A DNA stretch of 49,559 bases from Pseudomonadota bacterium (lineage in GTDB: Bacteria > Pseudomonadota > Gammaproteobacteria > Burkholderiales > Burkholderiaceae_C), in the NCBI GenBank assembly GCA_041165385.1, contig JBEANP010000001.1, forward strand, positions 1 to 49,559. Reading direction: 5' to 3'. The notes below the pieces were generated by a model that saw only the letters and a list, made by a program, of their open reading frames with translations, was not told where the DNA came from and did no database searches. The translations under genes were made by a program, and so were the position numbers. This document shows, piece by piece, positions 1-9,637 of the stretch; within the stretch, counting starts at the first letter, position 1, and the number at the start of each line of letters is the position of its first letter.

Positions 1-96
1 CTTAGAACTTTCAGAGCAAACGGAGATTTGAAAGAACTTGCCGGGCCGGTGACCTACGCCAATTTTGGCTTCCAGTTACCGGCCATTCGCAAGTGA
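1..96 (+). CDS. Possible 3' end of an unidentified upstream gene
   Basis: Frame 1 is open from base 1 (LRTFRANGDLKELAGPVTYANFGFQLPAIRK) to TGA at 94-96; too short to identify. Confidence 0.3.
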   Translation, partial: LRTFRANGDLKELAGPVTYANFGFQLPAIRK

Positions 97-286
97 CTGC
101 AACTGGCCCATATGGGTCATTCAATCACTTGCTATTCATAGCTGAATTAGCCTGATCAGAAAGTAGAAACTGTCCCCAATTTCTGTGGGTGACAGTGTGG
201 ATAAGTGTTTGGAAATGTCGGATGGAGTGCGCCGGCATTACGTTTCTTAAAGATGCTCATTCCTTGAGCATCACTTATTTGAACAT

Positions 287-508
287 CTAACTTGCTTGAG
301 CTTCAGGTGGCTGAATACGCTCAATTAGTTCGGACAAATCTACCTCGAAGTAGTCGCACAGTTGGTCCAGAACATCTAACTCCACTCGTTCGGTCGTCTC
401 ATAGTACAGACGTGTCAGTGTGCCGCGGTTGATCCCAGTATCGCGCGCTACGTCGCTAATTTTGAGCTTTCGCTCACCTAGCAAACGGGCAAAGTTACAC
501 CGAATCAT
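287..508 (-). CDS. XRE/Cro-C1 family HTH transcriptional regulator (73 aa)
   Basis: KISDVARDTGINRGTLTRLYY helix-turn-helix followed by LDQLCDYF; divergent from the excisionase/integrase pair. Confidence 0.9.
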   Translation of the reverse strand: MIRCNFARLLGERKLKISDVARDTGINRGTLTRLYYETTERVELDVLDQLCDYFEVDLSELIERIQPPEAQAS

Positions 509-526
509 GCTCTAAACTTAAAAATA

Positions 527-596
527 TTGACCTTCTGCAGATCAATTTGACTTGCAAATGCAGAAAATGTGTGCATAATGACCTACAGGAGATCAA
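527..596. promoter_or_regulatory. Two operator-like palindromes (TGACC-N7-GATCAA) flanking a sigma70-like promoter
   Basis: TTGACC-ttctgca-GATCAA at 527-545 and ATGACC-tacagga-GATCAA at 578-596; TTGCAA (552-557) and CATAAT (574-579) lie between them. Confidence 0.6.
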
Positions 597-657
597 AATT
601 TACCAAGTTGATGAAAGTTGATCTTCAAGTTTAACGTTTAACTTCAAGGAGAGCCAT

Positions 658-927
658 ATGCAAGCAGCATCGGATAGCGAACGTGATCAAACATACCTAA
701 CCACTGACGAATTGTCAGTACGAATCAAATACGACGTGCGGACCATCCGGGAGCGTTTGAAGGACAGTGTCCTTTTGGAAGGCGTGCACTACTTTCGACC
801 ATTCGGAGGTCGCAAGATCTTGTACATCTGGGAGGCTATCCAGCGTGACATGCAAGCCATGGTTACTTCTCGTCCAAATGCCATGGTAGGCATCCCCATG
901 GCTAACGGGAGAGTGCTGCATGGCTAG
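658..927 (+). CDS. Excisionase / recombination directionality factor-like protein
   Basis: Small winged-HTH-like protein (YLTTDELSVRIKYDVRTIR...EGVHYFRPFGGRKILY); RBS AGGAGA; overlaps the integrase start by 8 nt. Confidence 0.75.
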   Translation: MQAASDSERDQTYLTTDELSVRIKYDVRTIRERLKDSVLLEGVHYFRPFGGRKILYIWEAIQRDMQAMVTSRPNAMVGIPMANGRVLHG

Positions 928-2455
928 TATCCGAGTGCACAAACCAAATGGGGCACTGTTCTTCGATTTCCGGTTCAAAGAGGAACGATGCCGTGAGTAC
1001 ACGCTTCTCCCAGATACCCCAGTCAACCGCAAGAAGTTAGAAAAAGTCCTCGACAAGATCGAATCCGAAATCGCCGCTGGCACTTTCGTTTACGAAAACT
1101 ACTTCCCCCAAAGCAAGGCACTCAAACGCTTAGCCAAGGGAATGAAGACTGCAGCAACTCCCACAGCAGCGGCAGTTGAATCTATGGTGAACCCAACTCC
1201 GATGGCAGCATTGCCTGTCGGCCCATCGTTCAAAGAATTCGCCACCACCTGGTTCGATGAACGCAGCATTGAATGGCGTCGCAGTCACATCAAGTCATTG
1301 CTGTCCACGATGAACGGGCGCTTGATCCCGTACTTCGGCAATAAGGTGGTCGGCAGTATCACCAAATCTGATCTTCTTGAATTCCGCGCCACACTCGCCA
1401 AAGTTAAAGGTCGCGGAGAACAAGCAGGGCTTTCAGCCAAGCGGATCAATGAAATCATGGGTCTGCTGCGTCAGATCCTGAACGAAGCCGCCGACCGCTT
1501 TCAGTTTACGACACCGACCGCCAATATTAAAAAGCTCAAGGTGCGTAAAACCGATGTCGACCCCTTCAACATGGTAGATGTCCAACGCATCCTTGCCACC
1601 GTGCGCCCCGACTACAAGAACTACTTCACCGTACGTTTCTTCACAGCGATGCGCACCGGAGAAGTCCATGGCCTGAAGTGGAAGTACGTGGACTTCGATC
1701 TGCGCATCATCCGGGTCCGCGAAACCTTTGTCTTGGGTGAAGACGAATACACCAAGACCGATGGCAGCCAGCGTGACATCCAGATGAGCCAGCCGGTGTT
1801 CGATGCGATGAAGTCCCAGTTCGAAGCCACCGGTCACTTGTCGGAATACGTGTTCTGCAACCTGCAAGGCACACCCATCGACAACAAGAACTTCTCCGAC
1901 CGGGTCTGGTATCCCTTACTCCGTCACTTGGGACTGACGGCTCGCCGTCCCTACCAAATGCGCCACACCGGAGCAACCCTTTGGTTGGCCTCAGGTGAAG
2001 CACCCGAATGGATTGCCCGCCAGATGGGTCACACCAACACCGAGATGCTGTTCAAGGTCTACAGCCGCTATGTGCCCAACTTGACCCGCCAGGACGGATC
2101 CGCCATGGAGCGTTTGCTGGCCAGCAAGATGTCCCAAGGCCCGTTGATTGAGATCCCCCGCGGGACCGGCGGTACCTCCAGCTACGTGCATGCCAGTGAA
2201 GCAGCACCCCAGCCCATCCCCAAACCCCGGGGAAATGCTGCCAAGCATTCCATCTTCAAGTCTGCAAGCAGCGATAAAAGTAATGTCGCTCCCAGTAAAA
2301 ACTTGGTAGTGGAAGCCATCGCCAAGCGGGAAACCAAGGGAGGCTCTACCGATGCCCAGCCTCCGCCCGTGCTGGTGCCACTGACCTGGGCTGACTTGGC
2401 GCAGTCGTATATGAGAACAAGTTCTCGGTACGCACCCCACCAGTGGCTTCAGTAG
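920..2455 (+). CDS. Tyrosine integrase with N-terminal arm-binding (DUF3596-like) domain
   Basis: Catalytic motifs TAMRTGE (R), YTKT (K), YQMRHT (HxxR equivalent) and MGHTNTEMLFKVY (H...Y); N-terminal LFFDFRFKEERCREYT arm-binding domain. Confidence 0.93.
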   Translation: MASIRVHKPNGALFFDFRFKEERCREYTLLPDTPVNRKKLEKVLDKIESEIAAGTFVYENYFPQSKALKRLAKGMKTAATPTAAAVESMVNPTPMAALPVGPSFKEFATTWFDERSIEWRRSHIKSLLSTMNGRLIPYFGNKVVGSITKSDLLEFRATLAKVKGRGEQAGLSAKRINEIMGLLRQILNEAADRFQFTTPTANIKKLKVRKTDVDPFNMVDVQRILATVRPDYKNYFTVRFFTAMRTGEVHGLKWKYVDFDLRIIRVRETFVLGEDEYTKTDGSQRDIQMSQPVFDAMKSQFEATGHLSEYVFCNLQGTPIDNKNFSDRVWYPLLRHLGLTARRPYQMRHTGATLWLASGEAPEWIARQMGHTNTEMLFKVYSRYVPNLTRQDGSAMERLLASKMSQGPLIEIPRGTGGTSSYVHASEAAPQPIPKPRGNAAKHSIFKSASSDKSNVAPSKNLVVEAIAKRETKGGSTDAQPPPVLVPLTWADLAQSYMRTSSRYAPHQWLQ

Positions 2456-2579
2456 CAGGACCGACAGTCAAGACAAATCGATAGCACCCCTGATTCACCA
2501 CCATAGAACCAGGGGCAGGGCGGAGCTTTGCCTAAACGCTATGTAACTGACATCTAACACGCAACCAACACAACAACCC

Positions 2580-3326
2580 TTGAAAGACTTTATGAAAAAC
2601 ACCCCCACATCCACCCCAGCTTTGACACGCATAGCCGCTGCTTCCAACCCCAGCGCATCCATGACCAACACCAAGCGCTGCGCCAAACGCACCGAGCAGC
2701 TTCTCAAGATCCCCGGCGTTCAATGCGCCAGTGAACTGCTACTAAAACAACAACAGAAAAAACAACAAGGTCAGGCCTGTAACCGAGGTTTTACCCAATT
2801 GGTACCCCAGCCACAGAAGGATCAAGAACAACAGATTCAAGACCTGGTCCTTCGTACCTCTAATCAAATCGGAAATCCAGCTTTGCGCCGGTTCATGGCA
2901 GCGGTATTGCGTGACCCAGATGTGTTGAAGGCCGTTACCACTAAAACCTATCCCGCTCAAAACTATCCGATTGAGCTCACGCGTCGTGCATCCCGCATTG
3001 CACTGAACTCCGGCTATCTCCCTCGTGAAAACGGAGATGTATTGCACGTAGCCGTAATGCTGGCGGGTGTTCGGGAAGCACTAATCCACCACTTTCCAGA
3101 AATGCAGTGCCCAGCCGCTGAACTGCTGCGCGACTTGGTCAGCAATGACTTGCGCCGGTTGCAATTAGCCCAACCGGAGATGGCGCACATGCTTCAATTG
3201 GCATTTGATTGGGCTGGGGATGAAGAGGAACAGACCGAGTACGTGCAGTGGCTCAAGCGGGCCATTGGACTAGCTGTAGGTGCTGTGGAAAAGAGAAGCA
3301 ACGAATCAGCGAAGCGCTATGCATAA
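2580..3326 (+). CDS. Hypothetical protein (start uncertain, possibly ATG 2592)
   Basis: 248 aa ORF co-oriented with the integrase; helical C-terminal half; no recognisable motif. Confidence 0.6.
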   Translation: MKDFMKNTPTSTPALTRIAAASNPSASMTNTKRCAKRTEQLLKIPGVQCASELLLKQQQKKQQGQACNRGFTQLVPQPQKDQEQQIQDLVLRTSNQIGNPALRRFMAAVLRDPDVLKAVTTKTYPAQNYPIELTRRASRIALNSGYLPRENGDVLHVAVMLAGVREALIHHFPEMQCPAAELLRDLVSNDLRRLQLAQPEMAHMLQLAFDWAGDEEEQTEYVQWLKRAIGLAVGAVEKRSNESAKRYA

Positions 3327-3507
3327 GCCTACGCCCAACACTTCACCAAGCATCTCAAGCTGCTCGCAAGCCGCAGGGCTCGCCAAAAACAGCCAGTCGA
3401 TGCGAGATGTTCACAGCACTGCCAAAAACGCGTCTTTCCCCGCAGCGTGACCAAGGATACCCAGCATGACAAAGATTCAAAACAATTGCAGATCCAGGAC
3501 AACCACC

Positions 3508-3843
3508 ATGCAACGCAAAACGCAATGTAGCCCACGCGCTATTCGATATCCCCGCAAATCCAAAACACACAACTGCTTTAACTCCGCCACCACAACCACC
3601 ATTAGCAAGTACCGTCGAATCGCAATCCCTATGGTGTCCCCGCTATGGCGCTCGGGAGTGCGAGTGTTCTTCAAGATCCAAAGTGAGCTGTCGATCCGAA
3701 TCTCACTGAGTCCGAAGGCAAGTTGGTACCGGGGCAAATTGCAAAGCGCCCGATTAAGACGGGATACACAGCTGCCGTTGAGCGCAGCACAGCGATTGCG
3801 CCGGAACAAAGACAATTTAAAAACAGGAGGTCACCATGAATAA
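3508..3843 (+). CDS. Possible small basic hypothetical protein
   Basis: ATG at 3508 preceded by AGGA; stop overlaps the next start by 8 nt; composition is atypical. Confidence 0.3.
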   Translation: MQRKTQCSPRAIRYPRKSKTHNCFNSATTTTISKYRRIAIPMVSPLWRSGVRVFFKIQSELSIRISLSPKASWYRGKLQSARLRRDTQLPLSAAQRLRRNKDNLKTGGHHE

Positions 3844-4240
3844 CCCAGTTAACCCACCAAAGAAGCTATCCAAGTTCGACATCCGCATCTTGGTCCTCGC
3901 ACTTATTCTGGCTACTGTTGGACTCTTGATATTTGGGATCGTTGCTGTCTATGTGAACCTCAAAAGCAAGGAGCTTCACAAGCAGTGGTTATCGCATACA
4001 CCGGTCGGACAAGTGGTGAGCGTATCGCCCGTAGGTGGCAGTGGTTGGGGTTCATTGAACACCTTGATCCAGACCGACCGCGGCTACTTCAGCGTAAGCG
4101 GTGGTGTAGCCATTCTCAAAGCGGACACGCTCAGCTTGGTGGAGTTGGGAGACCATTCCCGGTTGTTGTGTGACATGGTGAATCGGTGCATGGCCGTTGA
4201 CGAGCGATTGGCGCTTGCGCCTAAGGAGAAAGTGAATTGA
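3836..4240 (+). CDS. Membrane-anchored hypothetical protein
   Basis: Strong RBS AGGAGG; N-terminal hydrophobic helix ILVLALILATVGLLIFGIVAVYV. Confidence 0.75.
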   Translation: MNNPVNPPKKLSKFDIRILVLALILATVGLLIFGIVAVYVNLKSKELHKQWLSHTPVGQVVSVSPVGGSGWGSLNTLIQTDRGYFSVSGGVAILKADTLSLVELGDHSRLLCDMVNRCMAVDERLALAPKEKVN

Positions 4241-4274
4241 CAAACAAATTGAAGACCAGAAAGCCCCACCACTT

Positions 4275-4946
4275 ATGAAAAACCCCTCCATCGAAGCCAT
4301 GAAGCAGCGCGCCAAGCTCTACCACCGCAATCGACGCAAAGACGTGTTCACAAACGGCATCATTGTGCGCCACCGCTATGACTACATGACACCCGAGACC
4401 CTGTCCTTTTGGGACGACGCAGTCTTTATTGTCAATGACTATCGCGTAGCGCTGTGGTGGGTACATCCGCGCGATCGATATCACAACCTGATTGAAGAGG
4501 AAGCGATACGCCGTGTCGCCCATCTCCATCCTGAAAGTGACCCGTTTGCCAATATGACACCCAACTACAAGAAGCTGGGACGATCACGAAAGAAGATTGT
4601 TAGTTGGACCCAACGACCGACCAGTGATGAATACAGACACTATTTCGATCTACTCACAGCCATGGAGCGCCAAGTTGGCCAAGAAGTAGCCTTTGAAGTT
4701 CGCCCCTCCATGACGATTGGCTGGAACAGCTGGTGCAAAGGATTGAGTTTGTGCTCTCCTTTTGAAGTGCGCAGTGAGTCGGAATTACTGGCGCTTACGC
4801 ATGTCGCTCGCCGCCTGGTTAAGCGGGAATCAACAATGACCCAAGAATTTGGTGAATACGTGTACGGTCAAGCTGATTGGTTGGCGGATTACGAAATCAT
4901 GGAAAAGGCCAAGCGAAGCTCCTTCACTGCCCATGCGCTGGCATAA
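4275..4946 (+). CDS. Hypothetical protein
   Basis: 223 aa ORF with protein-like composition (LSFWDDAVFIVNDYRVALWWVHPR), within the co-oriented cargo run. Confidence 0.75.
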   Translation: MKNPSIEAMKQRAKLYHRNRRKDVFTNGIIVRHRYDYMTPETLSFWDDAVFIVNDYRVALWWVHPRDRYHNLIEEEAIRRVAHLHPESDPFANMTPNYKKLGRSRKKIVSWTQRPTSDEYRHYFDLLTAMERQVGQEVAFEVRPSMTIGWNSWCKGLSLCSPFEVRSESELLALTHVARRLVKRESTMTQEFGEYVYGQADWLADYEIMEKAKRSSFTAHALA

Positions 4947-5102
4947 GGACTGGTCAATGAAAACATCAATACCAATTAGCGGTCTCGTGACGACCAGCAT
5001 TCACATGTACATGGCACCAGATTTACTAAAGCCGGATGTACCAACGCCAAATGCATTACCTGAATCTTTGCGGGATAAGTTACCTCAATACGACATAACC
5101 AT

Positions 5103-5873
5103 ATGAACACAACCCTTGTCGATGAGAGAAACACCATAGCCCTCGATTGTGATGGCGTACTTCTGGACTACAGCACCGCCTATGCCTGCGCCTGGGAGCG
5201 TGCATTTGGTGTTGCTCCCGTCTTGCAGAACGAGAGGGCCTACTGGCCTATGGATCGTTGGGGAATTCCACGCTTGATGGGTGAGAATTTAGAACGCTTT
5301 CGGTCCGTGTTCGACGAAGAATTCTGGAGCACCATTCCGGCTGTAGCTGGTGCCATTGCAGCCTGTCACCTTCTGAAATCTCGAGGTATCCGACTGGTGT
5401 GCGTGACTGCGTTGGACGACCAATTCGCCTGTGCGCGTCTAAGAAACTTGAATGATCTTGGATTTCCGATCGAACAAGTCATTACGACTGGAAATGATGC
5501 GTCTATCGGTAGCCCCAAAGCAGCGGCATTGGCCATACTGAAGCCAGTGGCGTTTGTCGATGACTTTGCTCCCTATATGGTGGGAGTGGATGACTCCATT
5601 CACAAAGCGCTGATCATTCGTGACCCAATTGGAAGTCCCAATATAGGCAAAATGTTGGAACACAGTCACACCCAGCATGATGACCTTCTTGGATTTGCAA
5701 GGTGGTGGATCGCTCAGTCAGACAATGCACCTGACTATGAGCCAGACGACGGGCCGCTAACCCAAGAGCAACTTGCTGCTCTTAAAAATGACGTTCAAAC
5801 ACGCTTCCCAAGAGGCAAACTGCTAGAACGCAAAAGGCTGTTTAACGATGACAATTCAAAGCCAGGATCATGA
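5103..5873 (+). CDS. HAD-superfamily phosphatase (5'-nucleotidase-like)
   Basis: Motif I IALDCDGVLLD, motif II VCVTA, conserved K (SPKA), motif IV FVDD. Confidence 0.85.
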   Translation: MNTTLVDERNTIALDCDGVLLDYSTAYACAWERAFGVAPVLQNERAYWPMDRWGIPRLMGENLERFRSVFDEEFWSTIPAVAGAIAACHLLKSRGIRLVCVTALDDQFACARLRNLNDLGFPIEQVITTGNDASIGSPKAAALAILKPVAFVDDFAPYMVGVDDSIHKALIIRDPIGSPNIGKMLEHSHTQHDDLLGFARWWIAQSDNAPDYEPDDGPLTQEQLAALKNDVQTRFPRGKLLERKRLFNDDNSKPGS

Positions 5874-6385
5874 ACCAACGCAAGCGTAAAAAGACGGTAA
5901 GTGAGCGACTCCAACATCGGCTCCGTAACACCCGATTCATCTGGATGAGTGCTGAGGACCGCGCGTGGGTGAACATGTTTCCGGTAGGTCGGGAATTTGG
6001 CAGCCCTGACTATGAGCGATTGGCACAAGAAGACTACGATGTGGCACAAGCCAACCTTGCGCGTTTAATAGCTGACTGCAGCGAGGACTCGGCGCCTGTC
6101 CGTGAATCTCAAGACTTCCTGTCCGACACGATCAATGTGCAAATGGCACTTCGGGAGATGGGGCACGAGGTCAACTTGGATACTGCAGCGAGAGTGTGGA
6201 TGCACTACTCCAATTCTCTCTGTGCAGGCTGGCTGTCTGGTGCTCAAACCCAAGAGTCTGCGCGGGTTTGCATTGGGAGATATTGCTGGTCAGGCCCTCA
6301 AGATCCTCCCGGACCGGGGAGATGGACATCTCCCCATGAATCGCAAGACGTTGGGAGTGGCGATTTGAGCCGTCGTGGGAATTAG
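5870..6385 (+). CDS. Hypothetical protein
   Basis: ATGA overlap with the HAD gene; 171 aa. Confidence 0.7.
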   Translation: MNQRKRKKTVSERLQHRLRNTRFIWMSAEDRAWVNMFPVGREFGSPDYERLAQEDYDVAQANLARLIADCSEDSAPVRESQDFLSDTINVQMALREMGHEVNLDTAARVWMHYSNSLCAGWLSGAQTQESARVCIGRYCWSGPQDPPGPGRWTSPHESQDVGSGDLSRRGN

Positions 6386-6594
6386 CCAAATTGGCTCCGT
6401 GGCATCTTCTGCTAACTCACTGCCGCTATCAATCTGCGCGTAATGCTCGTAATGCGCGCGATAGCTAGGTTCATGTTGTTGTTGAAAGTTGCCGGTTTGC
6501 TAATTCCTGCCCCAGAATGCATTCTTAGTTTGGATTGAACTCGCCGGACTCAATCCATAGAATGAAACAATTGGCATCGCAAGGTAGCACCACC

Positions 6595-6762
6595 ATGTTT
6601 TCTGATCCCGTTTTGAGTACCGTAAACATCATTTTGTTAAGCGGCATTGTCTTGTCGCTCATTGCTACGCGAATGATCAACAAGGCAAACAAAGAACTAC
6701 AGGCGAAAAATATGGCTGGTCGCAGAAGCATGAGTCGGATGTATGGCCAAACCGAAGGCTAG
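6595..6762 (+). CDS. Small single-TM membrane protein (about 55 aa)
   Basis: ATG at 6595 after AAGG; hydrophobic stretch VNIILLSGIVLSLIA followed by a basic tail. Confidence 0.5.
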   Translation: MFSDPVLSTVNIILLSGIVLSLIATRMINKANKELQAKNMAGRRSMSRMYGQTEG

Positions 6763-6828
6763 AGCAAGCACGAAGTAAATACTGCCGGCGTCACCAGCAG
6801 TCGCCTTTGTAGAAACGTATAACCTGAA

Positions 6829-7269
6829 TCAACAGCTCAGTTCTGATACAAGTTCTGAAAGTCGAGCTAAGTCATGTTGCGTTAAACCTGTACGTCGCTC
6901 CACGAGAACCAATCTGCGTTCAAACGGGCGAAAGTTCCATGGCCTGTCATCAAGGGACACCCATGGAGTCCATGGGTTAGCGTTCTCGCGCATCCACACC
7001 TCACATTCAAATTGCCTTGCGTAGTTCGTTTCGGCAACTTCGGAAGTCACTCCAATAATTCGCTGCGACCAATCAGGAAAAAGCCCTTTTAGCTGTTGAA
7101 GAGTGCGCGTGCTTCGCCAGGTGGAGGAAACAACTACTTTTACTGTCAGATGCTTGAGAAGGAACTGCTGCAAAAGACCCGCTCGACAAAATAAGGGCAA
7201 CTCATTGGTGGGCGGGTCGGGATGCAAAACACCGTCAAAGTCCAGGAACAGAATGATTTCAGATGCCAT
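6829..7269 (-). CDS. HAD domain protein, Swiss-Army-Knife RNA-repair-type family
   Basis: ILFLDFDGVLH, VVVSSTWR, IIGVT and WVSLDD motifs; ATG at 7269 preferred over 7311. Confidence 0.8.
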   Translation of the reverse strand: MASEIILFLDFDGVLHPDPPTNELPLFCRAGLLQQFLLKHLTVKVVVSSTWRSTRTLQQLKGLFPDWSQRIIGVTSEVAETNYARQFECEVWMRENANPWTPWVSLDDRPWNFRPFERRLVLVERRTGLTQHDLARLSELVSELSC

Positions 7270-7564
7270 GTTGATGGCCAGTTTAATGGGATCAGAAATA
7301 AGGCTGGACACTTGGGTTTACCACCTGCATGGTGGATATGCAGGTTACAACGGCGTGAATAAAGGCACACCAGAAACCATTCCAGTTGCGTGTGCCCCTA
7401 TTGACATTCCCATGGCCTTACAAGTGATCACCCGTGGCAAAGTCGTTAGTTTGCTGCATCCTTGTTTGAAGGAATGACTAGTAATTGTCAGAGTGATCAT
7501 TTTGGGCTTATTGCGAATTCGCGTGCGTACTGAAACCTAGCGCCACTCGCAAAGATTTTGAGAG

Positions 7565-9637
7565 TTATCCAAGGTCAATGAATGAATATAGGTTTTCGTA
7601 GCCCCGGACTAAAACCTCAAACTGCCGCATCCGCACAATCTGAATCAGCAATGAAGTCGGCAAGCATTCGCCAAATTCAATTGGCTTCGCCAGGTCTTTG
7701 ATTTCGTCATCAGAAAAAAGTAGCTCCTTGGCTAGCAGGTCAGAGGTGACTGCGCCAAGATCGATCGGAGTTTTCAGATCCAGACCGACAGCATCGATGC
7801 GCCTGACCTCGGTCAGTGTCTGAATTTGCTTCGCGATGCTCCGATTGGCGCGGGTTCCAGCAAAGGTCCATAGTCGCGAGCCCCCCCCAACACTGCTGGT
7901 GACTGCCATTGATGGATTGAGGTCAGTATCTGGCAAACTTTCGATCACCTGGTCGAGCTGTAGTCTGGCACGTTTCGAAATGATGGCATGCTCGTTGGTG
8001 CTTTGTCGAAGCGCTCGAAGCATCCCTTGCGCGATTTCGCGACTCAAAATCCGGCCACTTCCAGTCCAGCGTGCTTTGCCGCCTTCTTTCGCTGGCTCCA
8101 ACCAAACCACACGCTTCTTCCAATCCACGTCCGTGATTCGCCAGCTTTTTCCGGCAAGCAGGATCAGGCGATCTTGCTTGTCGCCAGTAAGCATCGTTGG
8201 ATCGATGTAGCCGACCTCCATGTTGCCAAATCGACCCAAAAGCAACTGTGCCCCTGAAAACGACGCCAGCAGGTCTTTGTAATGTGCGCGACCAAATTGC
8301 TTTTCCATCATGGGGCCAATTTGCAGCACACCATCTTGATCTACCAGATAGCCTAAAGACACCATGTGATCAATGAAATCGGTAATGCCTGATGCCTCGG
8401 ATTCTGGAAAAGCACCCCTCAGTAGTGCGATTAGTTCTTGTCGGGGCCATTGAGCGCGCTCCAGAGTGGCGGCCATTGCTTGCTGGGCAACGATCGCCCA
8501 TGGCTCTGGTGGCGGATAAGCCGCTTCCACCCAAGCCTCGCTCCAGAGTTTGCAAATGCCCATGGCCAGCATGAGCGAGTCGTCATTTGTGCACAAGAAT
8601 AAGCAACTGCGTTTCGCACCAGCTCTGCGCCCAGTACGGCCCATGCGTTGCAAAAACGAAGACACCGTTGACGGTGCATCGATCTGAATCACATGGTCTA
8701 GATCACCAACGTCGATGCCCAACTCCAGCGTTGACGTCGCAACGATAACGCAGTCCTTTTCCTCTGCGAAGGCGGTTTCCGCCATCTTTCGCTCTGAATG
8801 GCTGAGTGATGCATGACTTAAAAAGGTTCGCACATCCTGGCCACGCAGCATGCTGGTCAGCTGCTCGGCACTACTGCGTGAATCACAAAAGACCAGTCGC
8901 TTGCTGCCTCGATGTAGGCGTGCAATGACCGTTACAGCGTTCGCCAACGAACCAACGAAGTCCACAGTGACATCCGCGTCGGTGCTCACTGACGCACTTC
9001 CGACGACCTTCTTGACCCCGGTGGGCGCAAACCAGTTCAGCAATTGGTCGGGGTTACTAACCGTAGCTGAGAGCCCAATCCGTTGCATTTCCTGGGGCAC
9101 GTATTGTTGCAGTCGTTGAATAACAGCACGCATGTGCCAACCACGGTCATCGGCAGCGAAGGCATGCAGTTCATCGGCAATTACCACGCGCAAATTGCCA
9201 AACCAAGCCTTGCGGTCAATTCGTGTCGAGACCAACATGCCTTCAAGTGATTCCGGCGTGGTCAGCAGAATATCGGGCGCGTCTTTGATGGCATGGCTCT
9301 TTTGAGATTGAGAAACATCACCGTGCCATACCGCCACACGCCGGCCCACAAGCCCTGAATAATAGGAAAGCCGCTGCTCCAGGTTATTCAATAGCGCCTT
9401 GATTGGGCAGACGTAAATCACACTCACGCCTGGCCACGCATCCGTCATCATTCTTGACAGCACTGGAATGATCGCTGCCTCTGTCTTCCCTCCAGCCGTT
9501 GGTGCTAACAAAAGGCAATGCACACCAGAAAGAATGGGCTCAATGGCCTGGAGTTGCGTCGGGCGAAGGCTGCTCCACCCCAACGAATTTACAACGTGAT
9601 ATTGCAGTGCCGGGTGAAGCTTTTCGAATTCGCTCAC
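7565..9637 (-). CDS. brxHI: BREX-2 Lhr-like SF2 helicase BrxHI
   Basis: APTAGGKT Walker A, DELH, SAT, TLELGID and QRMGRTGRR motifs; last gene of the Pgl operon; start overlaps the brxD stop. Confidence 0.9.
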   Translation of the reverse strand: MSEFEKLHPALQYHVVNSLGWSSLRPTQLQAIEPILSGVHCLLLAPTAGGKTEAAIIPVLSRMMTDAWPGVSVIYVCPIKALLNNLEQRLSYYSGLVGRRVAVWHGDVSQSQKSHAIKDAPDILLTTPESLEGMLVSTRIDRKAWFGNLRVVIADELHAFAADDRGWHMRAVIQRLQQYVPQEMQRIGLSATVSNPDQLLNWFAPTGVKKVVGSASVSTDADVTVDFVGSLANAVTVIARLHRGSKRLVFCDSRSSAEQLTSMLRGQDVRTFLSHASLSHSERKMAETAFAEEKDCVIVATSTLELGIDVGDLDHVIQIDAPSTVSSFLQRMGRTGRRAGAKRSCLFLCTNDDSLMLAMGICKLWSEAWVEAAYPPPEPWAIVAQQAMAATLERAQWPRQELIALLRGAFPESEASGITDFIDHMVSLGYLVDQDGVLQIGPMMEKQFGRAHYKDLLASFSGAQLLLGRFGNMEVGYIDPTMLTGDKQDRLILLAGKSWRITDVDWKKRVVWLEPAKEGGKARWTGSGRILSREIAQGMLRALRQSTNEHAIISKRARLQLDQVIESLPDTDLNPSMAVTSSVGGGSRLWTFAGTRANRSIAKQIQTLTEVRRIDAVGLDLKTPIDLGAVTSDLLAKELLFSDDEIKDLAKPIEFGECLPTSLLIQIVRMRQFEVLVRGYENLYSFIDLG

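Noticed and set aside
3725-3780. GGCAAA...GCAAAGC...GCTGCCG resembling a c-di-GMP-I riboswitch
   Set aside because: The GAAA-tetraloop stem between GGCAAA and GCAAAGC is missing.
4849-5106. 85 aa ORF bridging two cargo genes
   Set aside because: Overlaps the upstream gene by about 100 nt; a shorter version from the ATG near 4957 is possible but unsupported.
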